Below are positions 54,525 to 64,000 of a stretch of 64,000 nt of DNA, piece by piece. Each line of letters opens with the position of its first letter. Position 1 is the first letter of the stretch. This DNA is from Pseudomonas phage HPP-Temi. The notes below the pieces were generated by a model. It saw nothing but the letters and a program-made list of their open reading frames with translations. It was not told the origin of the DNA and ran no database searches. Where the stretch lies: sequence record PP968062.1; one strand, given 5' to 3'. The position numbers were made by a program, and so were the translations under genes.

Positions 54525-54565
54525 TTTGTAATATAGCCTTTAAATTGGTTTGAATGTAAGACGGC
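54525..54565 (-). promoter_or_regulatory. early-promoter-like element, subfamily B
   Basis: Identical over 35 nt to the copy at 41151. It lies ~65 nt upstream of the ATG at 54460. Confidence 0.5.
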
Positions 54566-54570
54566 ATAAA

Positions 54571-54590
54571 AGCTGCCCCTAAGGGCAGCT
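54571..54590 (-). terminator. hairpin agctgccc-CTAA-gggcagct followed on the minus strand by TTTTATGCC
   Basis: 8-bp stem. Confidence 0.55.
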
Positions 54591-54592
54591 AT

Positions 54593-55213
54593 CTATACTT
54601 CAACCAGAATTGGTCGCCAACCCGAGTTAAGGTTAGCTACACTTTTAGTCGAAATGCCGATGTCGGTAATACCGTTTTGGTAACCACGGCGAATACAGTA
54701 AGTAGAACCCGATGCCAAAGACGATTCCTGACAATAATTCGAGCGGCCTTGTGTATCAATGGTTTCATCGATACCCAGATCAGCCTTACTTAAGTTAGCC
54801 TGGATAGTACCGGTAAATCCAGCAGGGCGACTAGCAGCAATGGGGTACATGAATGTGTTCCATTCCCCACCAGGTGTATCTCCAGGGTTAGTGGTTGCAC
54901 CTGTCATCAAGCGCACCGTAAACGCTCTATCACCTACTGGAATATTCTTACCCGTAACCAGACTAAGTCGATTGAGTTCATCCCAGGTAAAGGAAGTACG
55001 AATAGCTTTCTGAGGTATGTAGTATTCTTTACCGTTAAGTTTAAACATCAACCATTGTGCATTTGTATTGATCGCTGTACCCATACCCAGTTGAGTAAGG
55101 GCCGCCACGTTGGCGAATGTGATGAAATTCGCTTGGGAGACCATACCAACATAAAGAGGTTCCCCAGGTAACAGAGTCTTTCGACTTCCCGTAGATAACA
55201 GTATTTCCAACAT
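54593..55213 (-). CDS. hypothetical protein (206 aa), possibly structural
   Basis: AGGTGA SD. Gly/Thr/Asn-rich. Confidence 0.55.
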   Translation of the reverse strand: MLEILLSTGSRKTLLPGEPLYVGMVSQANFITFANVAALTQLGMGTAINTNAQWLMFKLNGKEYYIPQKAIRTSFTWDELNRLSLVTGKNIPVGDRAFTVRLMTGATTNPGDTPGGEWNTFMYPIAASRPAGFTGTIQANLSKADLGIDETIDTQGRSNYCQESSLASGSTYCIRRGYQNGITDIGISTKSVANLNSGWRPILVEV

Positions 55214-55233
55214 AGGTCACCTAATAAACATAA

Positions 55234-55251
55234 AGCCGCCCTCAAGAGCGG
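55234..55251 (-). terminator. hairpin gccgc-CCTCAAGA-gcggc followed on the minus strand by TTTATGTTTATT
   Basis: Lies between 55259..55471 and 54593..55213. Confidence 0.45.
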
Positions 55252-55258
55252 CCGTATG

Positions 55259-55471
55259 TTAAGCGTACTGTGCATTCGCCTCTACGGGCAAACCACGAGC
55301 GACGTTATCTGCATCGGTAGCCACAGATGCGGCTACACGATTCATGCGATGCCAAAGACCATTGTCTTCAGCAGCCACATCCGCAGATATCAGATCGTTG
55401 TACTTCTCAACGGAACCCCCTTGGGCGGGAGCCTGCATCGAAGCATCGTCCAGCTTCAGGGGATTAGCCAT
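55259..55471 (-). CDS. hypothetical protein (70 aa)
   Basis: Its start overlaps the upstream stop (TAATG). Confidence 0.45.
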   Translation of the reverse strand: MANPLKLDDASMQAPAQGGSVEKYNDLISADVAAEDNGLWHRMNRVAASVATDADNVARGLPVEANAQYA

Positions 55472-56346
55472 TAGTCAGCACCATCGTAGGTTACACGGTT
55501 AACAGCGGATTTTTCCAGCTGATCACGCAGACCGATGTTCGCCGCCCGAACGTCAGCGGAGATGGATTCGATCCAGCCGCGTTGTTCGTTCGGGTTCATG
55601 CCTTTAATGTTCAGCGTACGGAACAGTTGACGAGCGTACATGGTCACACCTTCAGATACGTCAGTCATCGCAGAGAACTCGATCGAGAGATCAAGGTTCT
55701 GACCGATCTGAGCAGCATCCTTACGGCTTTCCCATTGGCCAGTCGACAGCGGGAACATGTTAGTGCACAGGTATGCACTCACCACGTCCTGGAAAGTCGG
55801 GTCCGGCTCGATGAACAGGATAGTAGCACCGTAGAAGGTAGCATCGTATTTCTCCGGCGGAACGTTACCTTCAGCAACGATACGCGGGATCTTGGTGTTC
55901 TCGTCACCGATACCATAGGTGATCCACCACTTCAGGTAGCGCTGAATAGCACGACCTTGCAGTTCCCAGCAACCCAGCGACGGAGTCGAACGAGCACGGG
56001 TAACGTTGGTAGCAGCTTGAATAGCTTCACCTGAACCACCCCACGGTGCTTCAGCGGTATCAACAGTAACAGTCTGCTGTAGGCCATCGATAGTACGAAC
56101 ATGGTTCTCTACCAGGGCTTTCAGCGAACGAACCAGTTGACGGCTGTTGCTAGCGTATTGGAAGAAGCGGGGAGCTTCCAGAAGGAACGGGACGAGGTTC
56201 CGGCTAACGTAAGGAGTGTTGCTCGCAAGGTTAGCCAGATCAGGACGGAAGACATCCGTACCAGCCTGAGCCAGGTTGATGGTGTTCTTGGAACCACCTG
56301 CACCGTAGCCGGACTGAGGAGCCATCGGGTCATTATAACGTTTCAT
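55471..56346 (-). CDS. virion structural protein, candidate tail tube (291 aa)
   Basis: GAGGAA SD. Strong codon bias. It lies immediately downstream of the 697-aa candidate sheath gene, with no early-promoter element. The call is an inference from size and order (compare phiKZ gp29 and gp30). Confidence 0.4.
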   Translation of the reverse strand: MKRYNDPMAPQSGYGAGGSKNTINLAQAGTDVFRPDLANLASNTPYVSRNLVPFLLEAPRFFQYASNSRQLVRSLKALVENHVRTIDGLQQTVTVDTAEAPWGGSGEAIQAATNVTRARSTPSLGCWELQGRAIQRYLKWWITYGIGDENTKIPRIVAEGNVPPEKYDATFYGATILFIEPDPTFQDVVSAYLCTNMFPLSTGQWESRKDAAQIGQNLDLSIEFSAMTDVSEGVTMYARQLFRTLNIKGMNPNEQRGWIESISADVRAANIGLRDQLEKSAVNRVTYDGAD

Positions 56347-56378
56347 TTCGATTCCTCAAAAATGAGTAGTTACCGAGC

Positions 56379-58472
56379 TTATTGCTGCTCGGTAACGTTC
56401 TCGCGGCGAACGGTTTCCAGTTGGAAGTTCAGCGTGGTGCGCGGGTTGTTAGCCGCAACAGTCACGGTGCAAGTCCAGCTAGTGCCATTGTTCTCATCGA
56501 TACCAGTGATCTCGGTACGCGGGATTACGTCAACACGACCACCGAACAGGTCACGAGTACGATCAAGGATCTCTTGGTCGCAACGTTCAACAAGCTGCTC
56601 TTTAGTCAGGAAGGCGTTACCCGAGAACTTAGCATGGATCTTGTGGATCAGGCGCATGATAACGCAGCAGATGTTCACAGTGATCGGGCTAAGCAGAACC
56701 GAGGTGTCGTCCTGGTATACAGAACGCAGGCACGGGTAGTAGTTCGAACGATGGTCGTACGAAGTGGAATAGGTCGCACCGTTAGCCCACAGGTTAGCCG
56801 AAGTCCGTGCGTTGAAGAACGGTACGTTCAGTTTCTTAACCATGGTTACACGGTTGTTTGGATCTACGTCCATCTCTGCGCCCGGCCGCAGGATGCCGGT
56901 ACCGGCGCCAGCGTAGCGAGCCCACATCATGGCAACGTCTAGCAGTTGCGGTACAAACTTGTTGTAACCACCACCTACCAGCTTACCAGATTGCATTACG
57001 ATCATGGCACGGCAAACAGGAGTACCGTACAGGGTTGCTTCCGGGAAAGCCTTCAGACGAGTCATCAGAGCTTGTACACGGGATACTTCTTCAGAAGCCG
57101 TAGGCATCCGAGTTTCACCTTCTACGAAAGTGGTGAAGAAGTATTGTACGTCGCGGCGAGCTGCTAGTACTTGCATTGCCTTGTACTTCGATGCCATCGG
57201 AAGACCGGTATCGTACAGAACGCCGAACTGATACAGTGCAACGTTTTCGTACTGGTCACCCAGCTTACCGAAGTTGGTGTTTTCAATATCTACCAGCTTG
57301 ACGTATTCATTCAGGTCGGTAGTACCATCTTTACCACCTTGGGCATAGACAGTAGCATTCTTACCGAGCAATACGCCACCTTCGATCGGACCTTCCAGTT
57401 TGATGGATTGGTACGGATCACCGTCTTCGCCGAGCATAGTCAGGAAGTCGATTTGACCAGGATCGGTAACGGTAGCAGCGATAGCCGGGTTTACACGGTT
57501 CTCGGCATCGAAGATGATTTCGCGAACAAGTTCAACGTTATCACGGTAAACGAAGCACTGGGAGAACGGGCTATAAAGCGGGGACATACCCGACTCAATA
57601 CCGTCGTCATTGTACTGGTCGATCAGAACTTCGTCGATAGTCAGATCACGGTCATACTGCTCGGACCAAACGCCTTCGTCGAACGATACGTTAACGTAGT
57701 CTTCGTCGGTCTTAGTCTTAATGATGATCGGAGTGCTGGTACCATCCATGAGTTCAACGAACTGCATGCGATACAGACGAGTCTTGAAGCGTTGGCCAGT
57801 GAATTCATCGTAGCCATCCGGATCCAGTTGGGTCGGAGCCCAAATGCGCATACCCAGGTTGTTACCCGGTTGACCGAAGAACGAAGCAGGAAGTTCGAAC
57901 AGCGGATATACGGTGGATTGGCTACCGTCCATACCCGAAACCATAGTACCCGGCAGAACACGTTGAGTGCCAACCTCAGATTGGTTATCAGGGATCAGAA
58001 CGATACGAGCGCGATAACCTTCGACAGTGTCGGTACCCGAAGCAATCGGACCATTACCTACGTCAGTTACAGCGTCAGGATAGTTAAAGCCACTGAGACG
58101 AGTAACAGAAGCCGGGATCATATCTTGCACCATTTCCAGGGCAACGATGATACGAGCGGAGTTACCAGCGTCTTCAGGTTTTAGGCGCTTAACGTAGAAA
58201 CCGTTACCTTGTCCCAGCAGGTTCAGAGCCAGCAGAGATTGCTGGTTGAAATACTTGCTACGGGGATCAAGAGAGTTTTGACCAAAGATCGAAGCAAAGC
58301 CGTCTTCGGAGTCACCTACATAAGTGGTTTCAGTTGGGCCAGTCTCGGTGAAGAGACGAAGCAGAGGAGTGTGTTGGGCGAAAGTAATCTCGGGACGAAT
58401 GAACGCCCGACGGCTACGATCTCGAATCCCGTTAAACACAACCTTAGGAACAGCGTTGTAGTACGTGGACAT
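56379..58472 (-). CDS. virion structural protein, candidate tail sheath (697 aa)
   Basis: GGGAGA SD. Highly biased codons. Its size matches phiKZ-type sheath proteins (~695 aa). No catalytic motifs. Inferred, not shown. Confidence 0.45.
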   Translation of the reverse strand: MSTYYNAVPKVVFNGIRDRSRRAFIRPEITFAQHTPLLRLFTETGPTETTYVGDSEDGFASIFGQNSLDPRSKYFNQQSLLALNLLGQGNGFYVKRLKPEDAGNSARIIVALEMVQDMIPASVTRLSGFNYPDAVTDVGNGPIASGTDTVEGYRARIVLIPDNQSEVGTQRVLPGTMVSGMDGSQSTVYPLFELPASFFGQPGNNLGMRIWAPTQLDPDGYDEFTGQRFKTRLYRMQFVELMDGTSTPIIIKTKTDEDYVNVSFDEGVWSEQYDRDLTIDEVLIDQYNDDGIESGMSPLYSPFSQCFVYRDNVELVREIIFDAENRVNPAIAATVTDPGQIDFLTMLGEDGDPYQSIKLEGPIEGGVLLGKNATVYAQGGKDGTTDLNEYVKLVDIENTNFGKLGDQYENVALYQFGVLYDTGLPMASKYKAMQVLAARRDVQYFFTTFVEGETRMPTASEEVSRVQALMTRLKAFPEATLYGTPVCRAMIVMQSGKLVGGGYNKFVPQLLDVAMMWARYAGAGTGILRPGAEMDVDPNNRVTMVKKLNVPFFNARTSANLWANGATYSTSYDHRSNYYPCLRSVYQDDTSVLLSPITVNICCVIMRLIHKIHAKFSGNAFLTKEQLVERCDQEILDRTRDLFGGRVDVIPRTEITGIDENNGTSWTCTVTVAANNPRTTLNFQLETVRRENVTEQQ

Positions 58473-58603
58473 CTTTATGTTTCTCCCAGATGTGGAGCTT
58501 TAAACTCGATGTTATGAGTGTTAACTAACAGTCAATCATAAATATTGTTCATAGTTGACTGTGCTAGTTATTTTTCCCTACCCATGAAAGGAGTAAAACG
58601 GTA

Positions 58604-59539
58604 ATGTTTTCGCTACCGTATCAAACAACAGTCTGTGGGATCTACCCTAAATACCAACAGGTGATCGCAGCAGCCCGTCGGGCAGAAATCGATATGCCGT
58701 TCCCCCAAGTAGAAACACCTGGTGGGAACATTCTGATGAACTCTGCGTTCGTAACTCCCCGTGAAGAACACGAGAACGTTCCGAACTTCACTCAGATTAT
58801 CAATGTAGGCGAACCTAATAAACCACGGCTTCTTGTAGATAGCCGCCAATACATGAAGTTCGATCAGCGCTCGAATCAGTATTCTCTGATCGCGCAGAAC
58901 GATTGGCAGTTCCAATGTGTTCGTCTAGCTTTGAATAACCGCCTACTTTCTGGCGATGAAGCTTTCTTCAACCGCCTATCGGACCTACCCGCTAAAGTGT
59001 TCCATCGATGGGTTAGCGGAGTATTGATTACTCGCTACAATCTGCCGATTGAATCGCAGATGGCACTCTTCGTTATTACTGCCTACTACTACTACGCAAT
59101 GACCACTCCTGAACTTCGTCAGCCTGGTCAAGCACGCGAGCAGTTTGCATCGATCATTTCTCGGACCACTTCTGTGCCCCCGGACTTTGTACTCGATGTA
59201 GCAGCAACGATGGGTAAACTGGAGAATGCCTCCGACCTCATTCACGAGATGTCGGTTAACTCCCGTCAACAGCGCACCGGTGAACTGAAGTTTGGTGACC
59301 TGTTTGCACTGATCTCTACTTCTTGGTTCGGTGTTAACTCCCGTGAAAACGTGGGTGTAGCACTCGAACATCTACCGACTTTCATTGCTATGCTTTACAT
59401 GGCAATTGCAGAACGCTCATACCGTAAAACAGTAATCACCCAACGAGCAGAATCTCTTGGTCGTGGTAACGAACTGAAGGTCTTCACTGACCTCGTATTT
59501 AAAGCGGTATCCGAGCAATTCACACGTCAGTATCAGTAA
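58604..59539 (+). CDS. hypothetical protein (311 aa)
   Basis: AAGGAG SD (gaAAGGAGtaaaacggtaATG). Confidence 0.6.
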   Translation: MFSLPYQTTVCGIYPKYQQVIAAARRAEIDMPFPQVETPGGNILMNSAFVTPREEHENVPNFTQIINVGEPNKPRLLVDSRQYMKFDQRSNQYSLIAQNDWQFQCVRLALNNRLLSGDEAFFNRLSDLPAKVFHRWVSGVLITRYNLPIESQMALFVITAYYYYAMTTPELRQPGQAREQFASIISRTTSVPPDFVLDVAATMGKLENASDLIHEMSVNSRQQRTGELKFGDLFALISTSWFGVNSRENVGVALEHLPTFIAMLYMAIAERSYRKTVITQRAESLGRGNELKVFTDLVFKAVSEQFTRQYQ

Positions 59540-59549
59540 TGGGTGACTA

Positions 59550-62246
59550 ATGAACGACTATCTATTGCGCTACGCAATTGAGAACGTTTGGTGTAACCCC
59601 ACTCAGGATCGACAGTTCGTTTATAAGCTTCGTCAACTTACCCCGCGCTACGGTGTGCGGGGGAGTTACGTAGTTGAACATGAACGCTATAAACTTCCCC
59701 AAGTCTCCACTCGCGACTTCTGGCATGTCTATCAGATCGGCCAAGTTATTCCCCGACACCTTGGTGTACCCAAGCTGTTGAATAATTGGATTAGTCTCGA
59801 ACAACTGGGTAAAGAGGTTCATACCCTCGCAGAAGTTTATGTCAGTAACGGTATTCAGTTCCCTCGGTCTGAAACCTACGTCCTGGTTACTCAAACGCAA
59901 AACCTGCTTGTAGCAATCCGTCGCAATGATCGGTTCCCCGATCTGGATGAACCAGAGAATAACCCATACCTGCACGTCTACCATAACGCTTACTTCAACT
60001 CTAAGCGTAGTGATGTGGCTGCAAAGCGTTACATTGATGTCCTGACTATTACCCCCAGTTCTAACGAAGAACTCCGTCAGTTCCAGATTAAGATCATGGA
60101 CCTGGTTGCACTGAAAGGTGGTTTCCCGCAATACTTCGTTAATGGTCGGTTTGTTCAAGAGATCTCTCTCGTAACTGCTGGTCCTGGTGACTACTGTGAG
60201 TTCATTCTTGACCCCACTATCAAACGTGTGGTTGATCTTGATCTGCGTAACCTCAAAACTTTCAATTCAACTCTTGACAAAGAGCGTAAATATATCCTTC
60301 ACTACGACGACAAGACTGTCAATCAGATTGAGTTCTATGATGACCTTGATGTCTATCTGTGTAAGCGTGGTACCCAAGCTGGTCGCTTCAGTGGTGTGAT
60401 GTATCATCACAATGAAGGTAACTGGCTGCGGATGTTAACCCATAAAGACTACTCTGCTCCCGTAGATCGGATTCAGTCCTTTATCACTAATCATCCAGAA
60501 GATCCGCGTCATGCGAGTGATCCTACTCGTTGGCCTTCTGATCTGTGGACTGGTATCAACGATAAGTTTCTTCGTTTGTATATTCGTCACTCTGGTTATG
60601 AACGTCCTCTAGTTGCAGATGTAGGTCGTATCCAAGAACTGTATCGACTGAGCTCTGCTAACATCCTCCGTGCAATGACTGGTGCTGATGCTACCTGTCC
60701 ACTATGGCGGGCTGAGAATCTTGAGAAGTCTGCATACGTACAGTTCATGTCCGCTGATCCGAATGTGATCTATCCGATCGCTTTCCAAGATCCCGACGAA
60801 ACCTCTCAAGGTAAGATCGATGCACAGAACTTTGCAGGTGATGTTTTCGGTTACCACAAAGCTGCTGATATCCAAGCGCATAACCCAACTAAGGTCCACA
60901 CGGATCAAGGAACGGTTTACGCTAAACTCCCGTACAACTACTGGGAGAATGCCACCATCTTCGAATATGATGCCAAAGGTATCCTGCTCGGTTATTACCA
61001 CCACGTTGCTGGTCGACGCTGGCGTGTAATGAACCAAGTTGAATGTAAGATGGTTGAGTGCATCACAGGTAAAGGTGATACAAACCTCCACGGTATTTAT
61101 GGTAACGGTACAGTTGACCTTTCCGAAGGTTATAACTTCCGTCTATATGCCTGTAAGGTTTGGGCCGGTGTTCCGACTAACGAGTGGATTGACATCACTG
61201 ATCTGCCAAACCGAAATGACTGGGGCTTCCACGATACAACAGATCTGAAACACCCGAAATGGACTTGGACTGCTAAGCCGAACGAGTGGTATGGTTACGT
61301 CCGTATGGACAACTATTTCTACTTGAAGGAAATGCGGTTCACCAAAGACCAAGGCATTATCCGATTCGGTATCGATAACTGGGAAGAGCACAGCGGTGAG
61401 CTTGTCAATAAGCTCATGGAAATCCCGTTTGGTCAACTTGATATCTTCTTGAACAATCGTCCGATCATCAGTGGTTTGGATTATTTCGATAAGGGTATCA
61501 TGACAGTACTGAACAACCACGAATATCTAGTGGACGGTGTTAACACTGTTCTGGTCCGTGGTACGGGTTATTGTACTGCTGATCTCCAGCGTTATCAACC
61601 GAGTGAAGTAGGTTGGGTAGAATACAACGTTCTATCTAACAACGGGATCTACGATATCCATACGCACAAGATGCAACGGATCATTGTTGATGGTCACTAT
61701 CGTGCCCGTGAAGATCTGGTATTCGAGGAAGATAACAATTCCCTAGTCATCAAAGATGAAAGGAACGGTGCTCCCTTCCAGATCCAAACTCCGCAATCCA
61801 CTTTCCGTGATGTATACGACACTGATCATAAAGCACGAGTTGCAGATGACGAACGAGACAAACAAGTCTCTGACTACATGACTGCGTATTTCCCGAAAAG
61901 GACTCGTACTAAGGTTGACTCGATTCCCCGTCGTTATGTAGTTTACTCTTCGTTCTCGACGAAGATACTGCATGATATCGTTAAGGGAACACTGAAGCCT
62001 CCGTTGGTCAATGGTCGTTACAGCGAGATGGATATTGCTCGTGTAATGGCGCCCTATGAGTGGTTGGTTCCGTTTGATATTCTAAACACCGACTACAACA
62101 CCAACCATGTGGTAGTTTATCCACATTGGCACAAAGATCCGATTGGACTTGATACTGATCAATACGAGTTTTATAAACGTGTTCTGAAGATGTATCTGCA
62201 ACGTCCTATGGACATCGCGCCATTCGTATACCTAACGAGGACTTAA
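59550..62246 (+). CDS. hypothetical large protein (898 aa), probably a virion component
   Basis: Long, well-biased ORF. It is divergent from the candidate sheath gene. Confidence 0.65.
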   Translation: MNDYLLRYAIENVWCNPTQDRQFVYKLRQLTPRYGVRGSYVVEHERYKLPQVSTRDFWHVYQIGQVIPRHLGVPKLLNNWISLEQLGKEVHTLAEVYVSNGIQFPRSETYVLVTQTQNLLVAIRRNDRFPDLDEPENNPYLHVYHNAYFNSKRSDVAAKRYIDVLTITPSSNEELRQFQIKIMDLVALKGGFPQYFVNGRFVQEISLVTAGPGDYCEFILDPTIKRVVDLDLRNLKTFNSTLDKERKYILHYDDKTVNQIEFYDDLDVYLCKRGTQAGRFSGVMYHHNEGNWLRMLTHKDYSAPVDRIQSFITNHPEDPRHASDPTRWPSDLWTGINDKFLRLYIRHSGYERPLVADVGRIQELYRLSSANILRAMTGADATCPLWRAENLEKSAYVQFMSADPNVIYPIAFQDPDETSQGKIDAQNFAGDVFGYHKAADIQAHNPTKVHTDQGTVYAKLPYNYWENATIFEYDAKGILLGYYHHVAGRRWRVMNQVECKMVECITGKGDTNLHGIYGNGTVDLSEGYNFRLYACKVWAGVPTNEWIDITDLPNRNDWGFHDTTDLKHPKWTWTAKPNEWYGYVRMDNYFYLKEMRFTKDQGIIRFGIDNWEEHSGELVNKLMEIPFGQLDIFLNNRPIISGLDYFDKGIMTVLNNHEYLVDGVNTVLVRGTGYCTADLQRYQPSEVGWVEYNVLSNNGIYDIHTHKMQRIIVDGHYRAREDLVFEEDNNSLVIKDERNGAPFQIQTPQSTFRDVYDTDHKARVADDERDKQVSDYMTAYFPKRTRTKVDSIPRRYVVYSSFSTKILHDIVKGTLKPPLVNGRYSEMDIARVMAPYEWLVPFDILNTDYNTNHVVVYPHWHKDPIGLDTDQYEFYKRVLKMYLQRPMDIAPFVYLTRT

Positions 62247-62247
62247 C

Positions 62248-63912
62248 ATGCTTCCTGTACCTTACGGGAATTCCGACTACCTCGACCCTAATCGGGGTTG
62301 GTGGGTTTGGAATCGCAAAGATATCGTCCAGAAACCTGGGCAAGTAAATAAGTGGGTCCCCAATATCGGGGACCTCGTTTGGGACCGCGAGAATGGTTGG
62401 TTCACGGTTGAGGATGTCGAAGAGGGTACACACGTACCGACTCTGAAAGAATGGTATCCGCCAACTAAGGTCGACCCTGACGGTGAAGAGAACGTACTGG
62501 TTGGCGTAGGTCCCGGCTATAGCTCCGAAAGCTATCGTTTGTTCCTAGATACCAGTGTTATTCCTCACACCCTCGCTCCTGATAAGCGGCTGCACTTCTA
62601 CGGTTCGATGGTCTCCAGTTACAAAGTCTTCCTGGGTAGTGATATCTCGGAAGAGTTCGGTAAGATCATTTCTGCTTTCTATACCCCGTCTGGTGATTAC
62701 ACTGGTCCACTTATACCCGTTGAGACGGTACCGGTCCCTGGTGGCTCTCAGAACGTCATTAAAGCGCCTATGGTTGGTTTCACAGCCGAGGAGATGGATG
62801 ACGGTCAGCGTTGCACCTTGGTGGCCTACGACGACCTGGGTGGGGTTGTATCGGTAGCTCAGCTTCTGGTACAGAACACGAAAGCAATCCGTCAGTCCGA
62901 TGCATCCAAGAAATACATCGCCGGTATTGAGATCGACAGTCCGTTCCTGTCTGCTGCTGATCCGAAGGTTATTGAATTCCCGCTTAACGTTAACGTTGAG
63001 TCTCTCCCGATGGTTGGTGTTATCAACTACCGTGGTGGTTCTCGTGTACGTCGCGGTATTGATAACTCCACAATGTTCCTGTTCGGTATGGAGAACTACA
63101 TCGCAACTGAAATCGGTCAAGAGTTCCCGTTGACTCTGGCTTATCAGTTAGCTGACGATGAAATCTCCTATGCCCTGACTCCGACTGCAAACCGTCGGAT
63201 CACTGAGAACTACATTGCTCGGACTACTGCTGCTGATGGTGCTTACGAATGTCGTCTGTTCGTATACCCGGTATGGCAAAACGTTACTGCTGGCTATCGT
63301 TTGGAGTTCTGGCTCTACAACCTGGATCGTCAACGTTTCTACAACGTTACTTCCCTGGTCGAATTGGGTGTTAACTCTGCTCCGTTCAACCCGAAAGGTT
63401 ACGGTAACCTTCAGACGCTGACTTACGCTGTTAACCTGAATAAGGTTGATGGTCGTTTCGCTCCGCATCGTTTCGTTACTACATTCCAAGTTGCCCTGTT
63501 GACCTCCGGTGAGAACCGTGACGCTAACTGGGAAATCTACACTCGTCCTGATGTAGAAGCTGCTTATGGTCGTGGCCTGAAAGCAGACCTGGAATACATC
63601 CAAACTAACGCTTGGGATCTGCGCCTGCAAAATGGTGCTAACACCAAGGAAGCTTGGCTACGGAAAATGTACGAAGCTGCTGAGCCTCTGATTAACCCGA
63701 ACTCTGAAGTCGTTGCTCCGACTCCGACCCACTTCGTTCTACATTTCCTGCACAACAAGTACGAGTTCAGTGTTGAACAGTGGAAAGATAAGCTGCGTGT
63801 TAACAACGATCTGCAAGATGGTGAGCTTCTCTACATCCAATGGATTCGTCGTGAATACGACACTGATCTTCAGTTGGCAATGACCGGTATTCCGATTCTG
63901 AAACGCGGTTAA
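62248..63912 (+). CDS. hypothetical protein (554 aa)
   Basis: Its start lies 1 nt after the upstream stop. It is followed by the hairpin at 63921. Confidence 0.65.
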   Translation: MLPVPYGNSDYLDPNRGWWVWNRKDIVQKPGQVNKWVPNIGDLVWDRENGWFTVEDVEEGTHVPTLKEWYPPTKVDPDGEENVLVGVGPGYSSESYRLFLDTSVIPHTLAPDKRLHFYGSMVSSYKVFLGSDISEEFGKIISAFYTPSGDYTGPLIPVETVPVPGGSQNVIKAPMVGFTAEEMDDGQRCTLVAYDDLGGVVSVAQLLVQNTKAIRQSDASKKYIAGIEIDSPFLSAADPKVIEFPLNVNVESLPMVGVINYRGGSRVRRGIDNSTMFLFGMENYIATEIGQEFPLTLAYQLADDEISYALTPTANRRITENYIARTTAADGAYECRLFVYPVWQNVTAGYRLEFWLYNLDRQRFYNVTSLVELGVNSAPFNPKGYGNLQTLTYAVNLNKVDGRFAPHRFVTTFQVALLTSGENRDANWEIYTRPDVEAAYGRGLKADLEYIQTNAWDLRLQNGANTKEAWLRKMYEAAEPLINPNSEVVAPTPTHFVLHFLHNKYEFSVEQWKDKLRVNNDLQDGELLYIQWIRREYDTDLQLAMTGIPILKRG

Positions 63913-63920
63913 AGACATAC

Positions 63921-63941
63921 GGCCTTCCCTCCGGGGAAGGC
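63921..63941 (+). terminator. hairpin ggccttccc-TCCG-gggaaggc followed by TTTATGC
   Basis: Family variant with a TCCG loop. Confidence 0.5.
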
Positions 63942-64000
63942 TTTATGCTGTAAAATATACCCTAAAGGTATGAACACTTTGTTTCTTTAAGGAAACGGTC

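Noticed and set aside
58554-58590. Host sigma-70 promoter (perfect TTGACT -35 hexamer)
   Set aside because: No acceptable -10 hexamer lies 16-19 nt downstream. The TTGACT is the right arm of the CAGTCAA/TTGACTG inverted repeat.
1-64000. CRISPR array or other tandem direct repeats
   Set aside because: The recurring motifs are dispersed kilobases apart at gene boundaries (terminator/promoter cassettes). They are not tandem repeat-spacer units.

Overview
This 64 kb window is a densely packed, mostly minus-strand gene array from a phiKZ-like nucleus-forming jumbo phage (Chimalliviridae-like) of a ~48% GC, Enterobacteriaceae-like host.

What the sequence shows directly:
- Fragments of split multisubunit RNA polymerase genes. 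One beta-prime N-terminal piece carries the zinc finger and NADFDGD. Two paralogous beta-prime C-terminal pieces carry EPDC and a Cys cluster. One beta C-terminal piece carries the GRHGNKG-like and NFEDS-like regions.
- A PhuZ-type phage tubulin.
- A 621-aa very highly codon-biased protein next to the beta-prime N-terminal gene, called here as a candidate chimallin (nucleus shell).
- A family-B DNA polymerase piece (motifs KxxxNSxYG and DTDS), an SbcD/Mre11-like nuclease, an SF2 helicase, and an SSB-like protein ending FDDSIPDF.
- A six-blade Kelch propeller, a GNAT acetyltransferase, a cluster of six tiny membrane proteins, a 697 aa + 291 aa pair consistent with tail sheath and tube, and three large plus-strand proteins at the right end.

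Intergenic regions are highly patterned:
- About 26 copies of an extended palindromic hairpin (stem-CGAA-stem followed by TTTATG). These read as intrinsic terminators on the minus strand.
- 12 copies of a GTAATATAG-containing element in two subfamilies. Read on the minus strand as CTATATTAC, it sits 30-65 nt upstream of gene starts, like the phiKZ early (virion-RNAP) promoter.

Three unusual non-coding regions stand out:
- 46272-46641: G-quadruplex/i-motif palindrome, an AT-rich block and GC hairpins.
- 24542-24934: a GC-rich ~390 nt spacer.
- 26899-27089: a structured leader/3'UTR.

Other points worth a look are a protein with a Met/Gln/Gly-rich low-complexity tail, a GC-anomalous, probably horizontally acquired gene, and two possible frameshift junctions.
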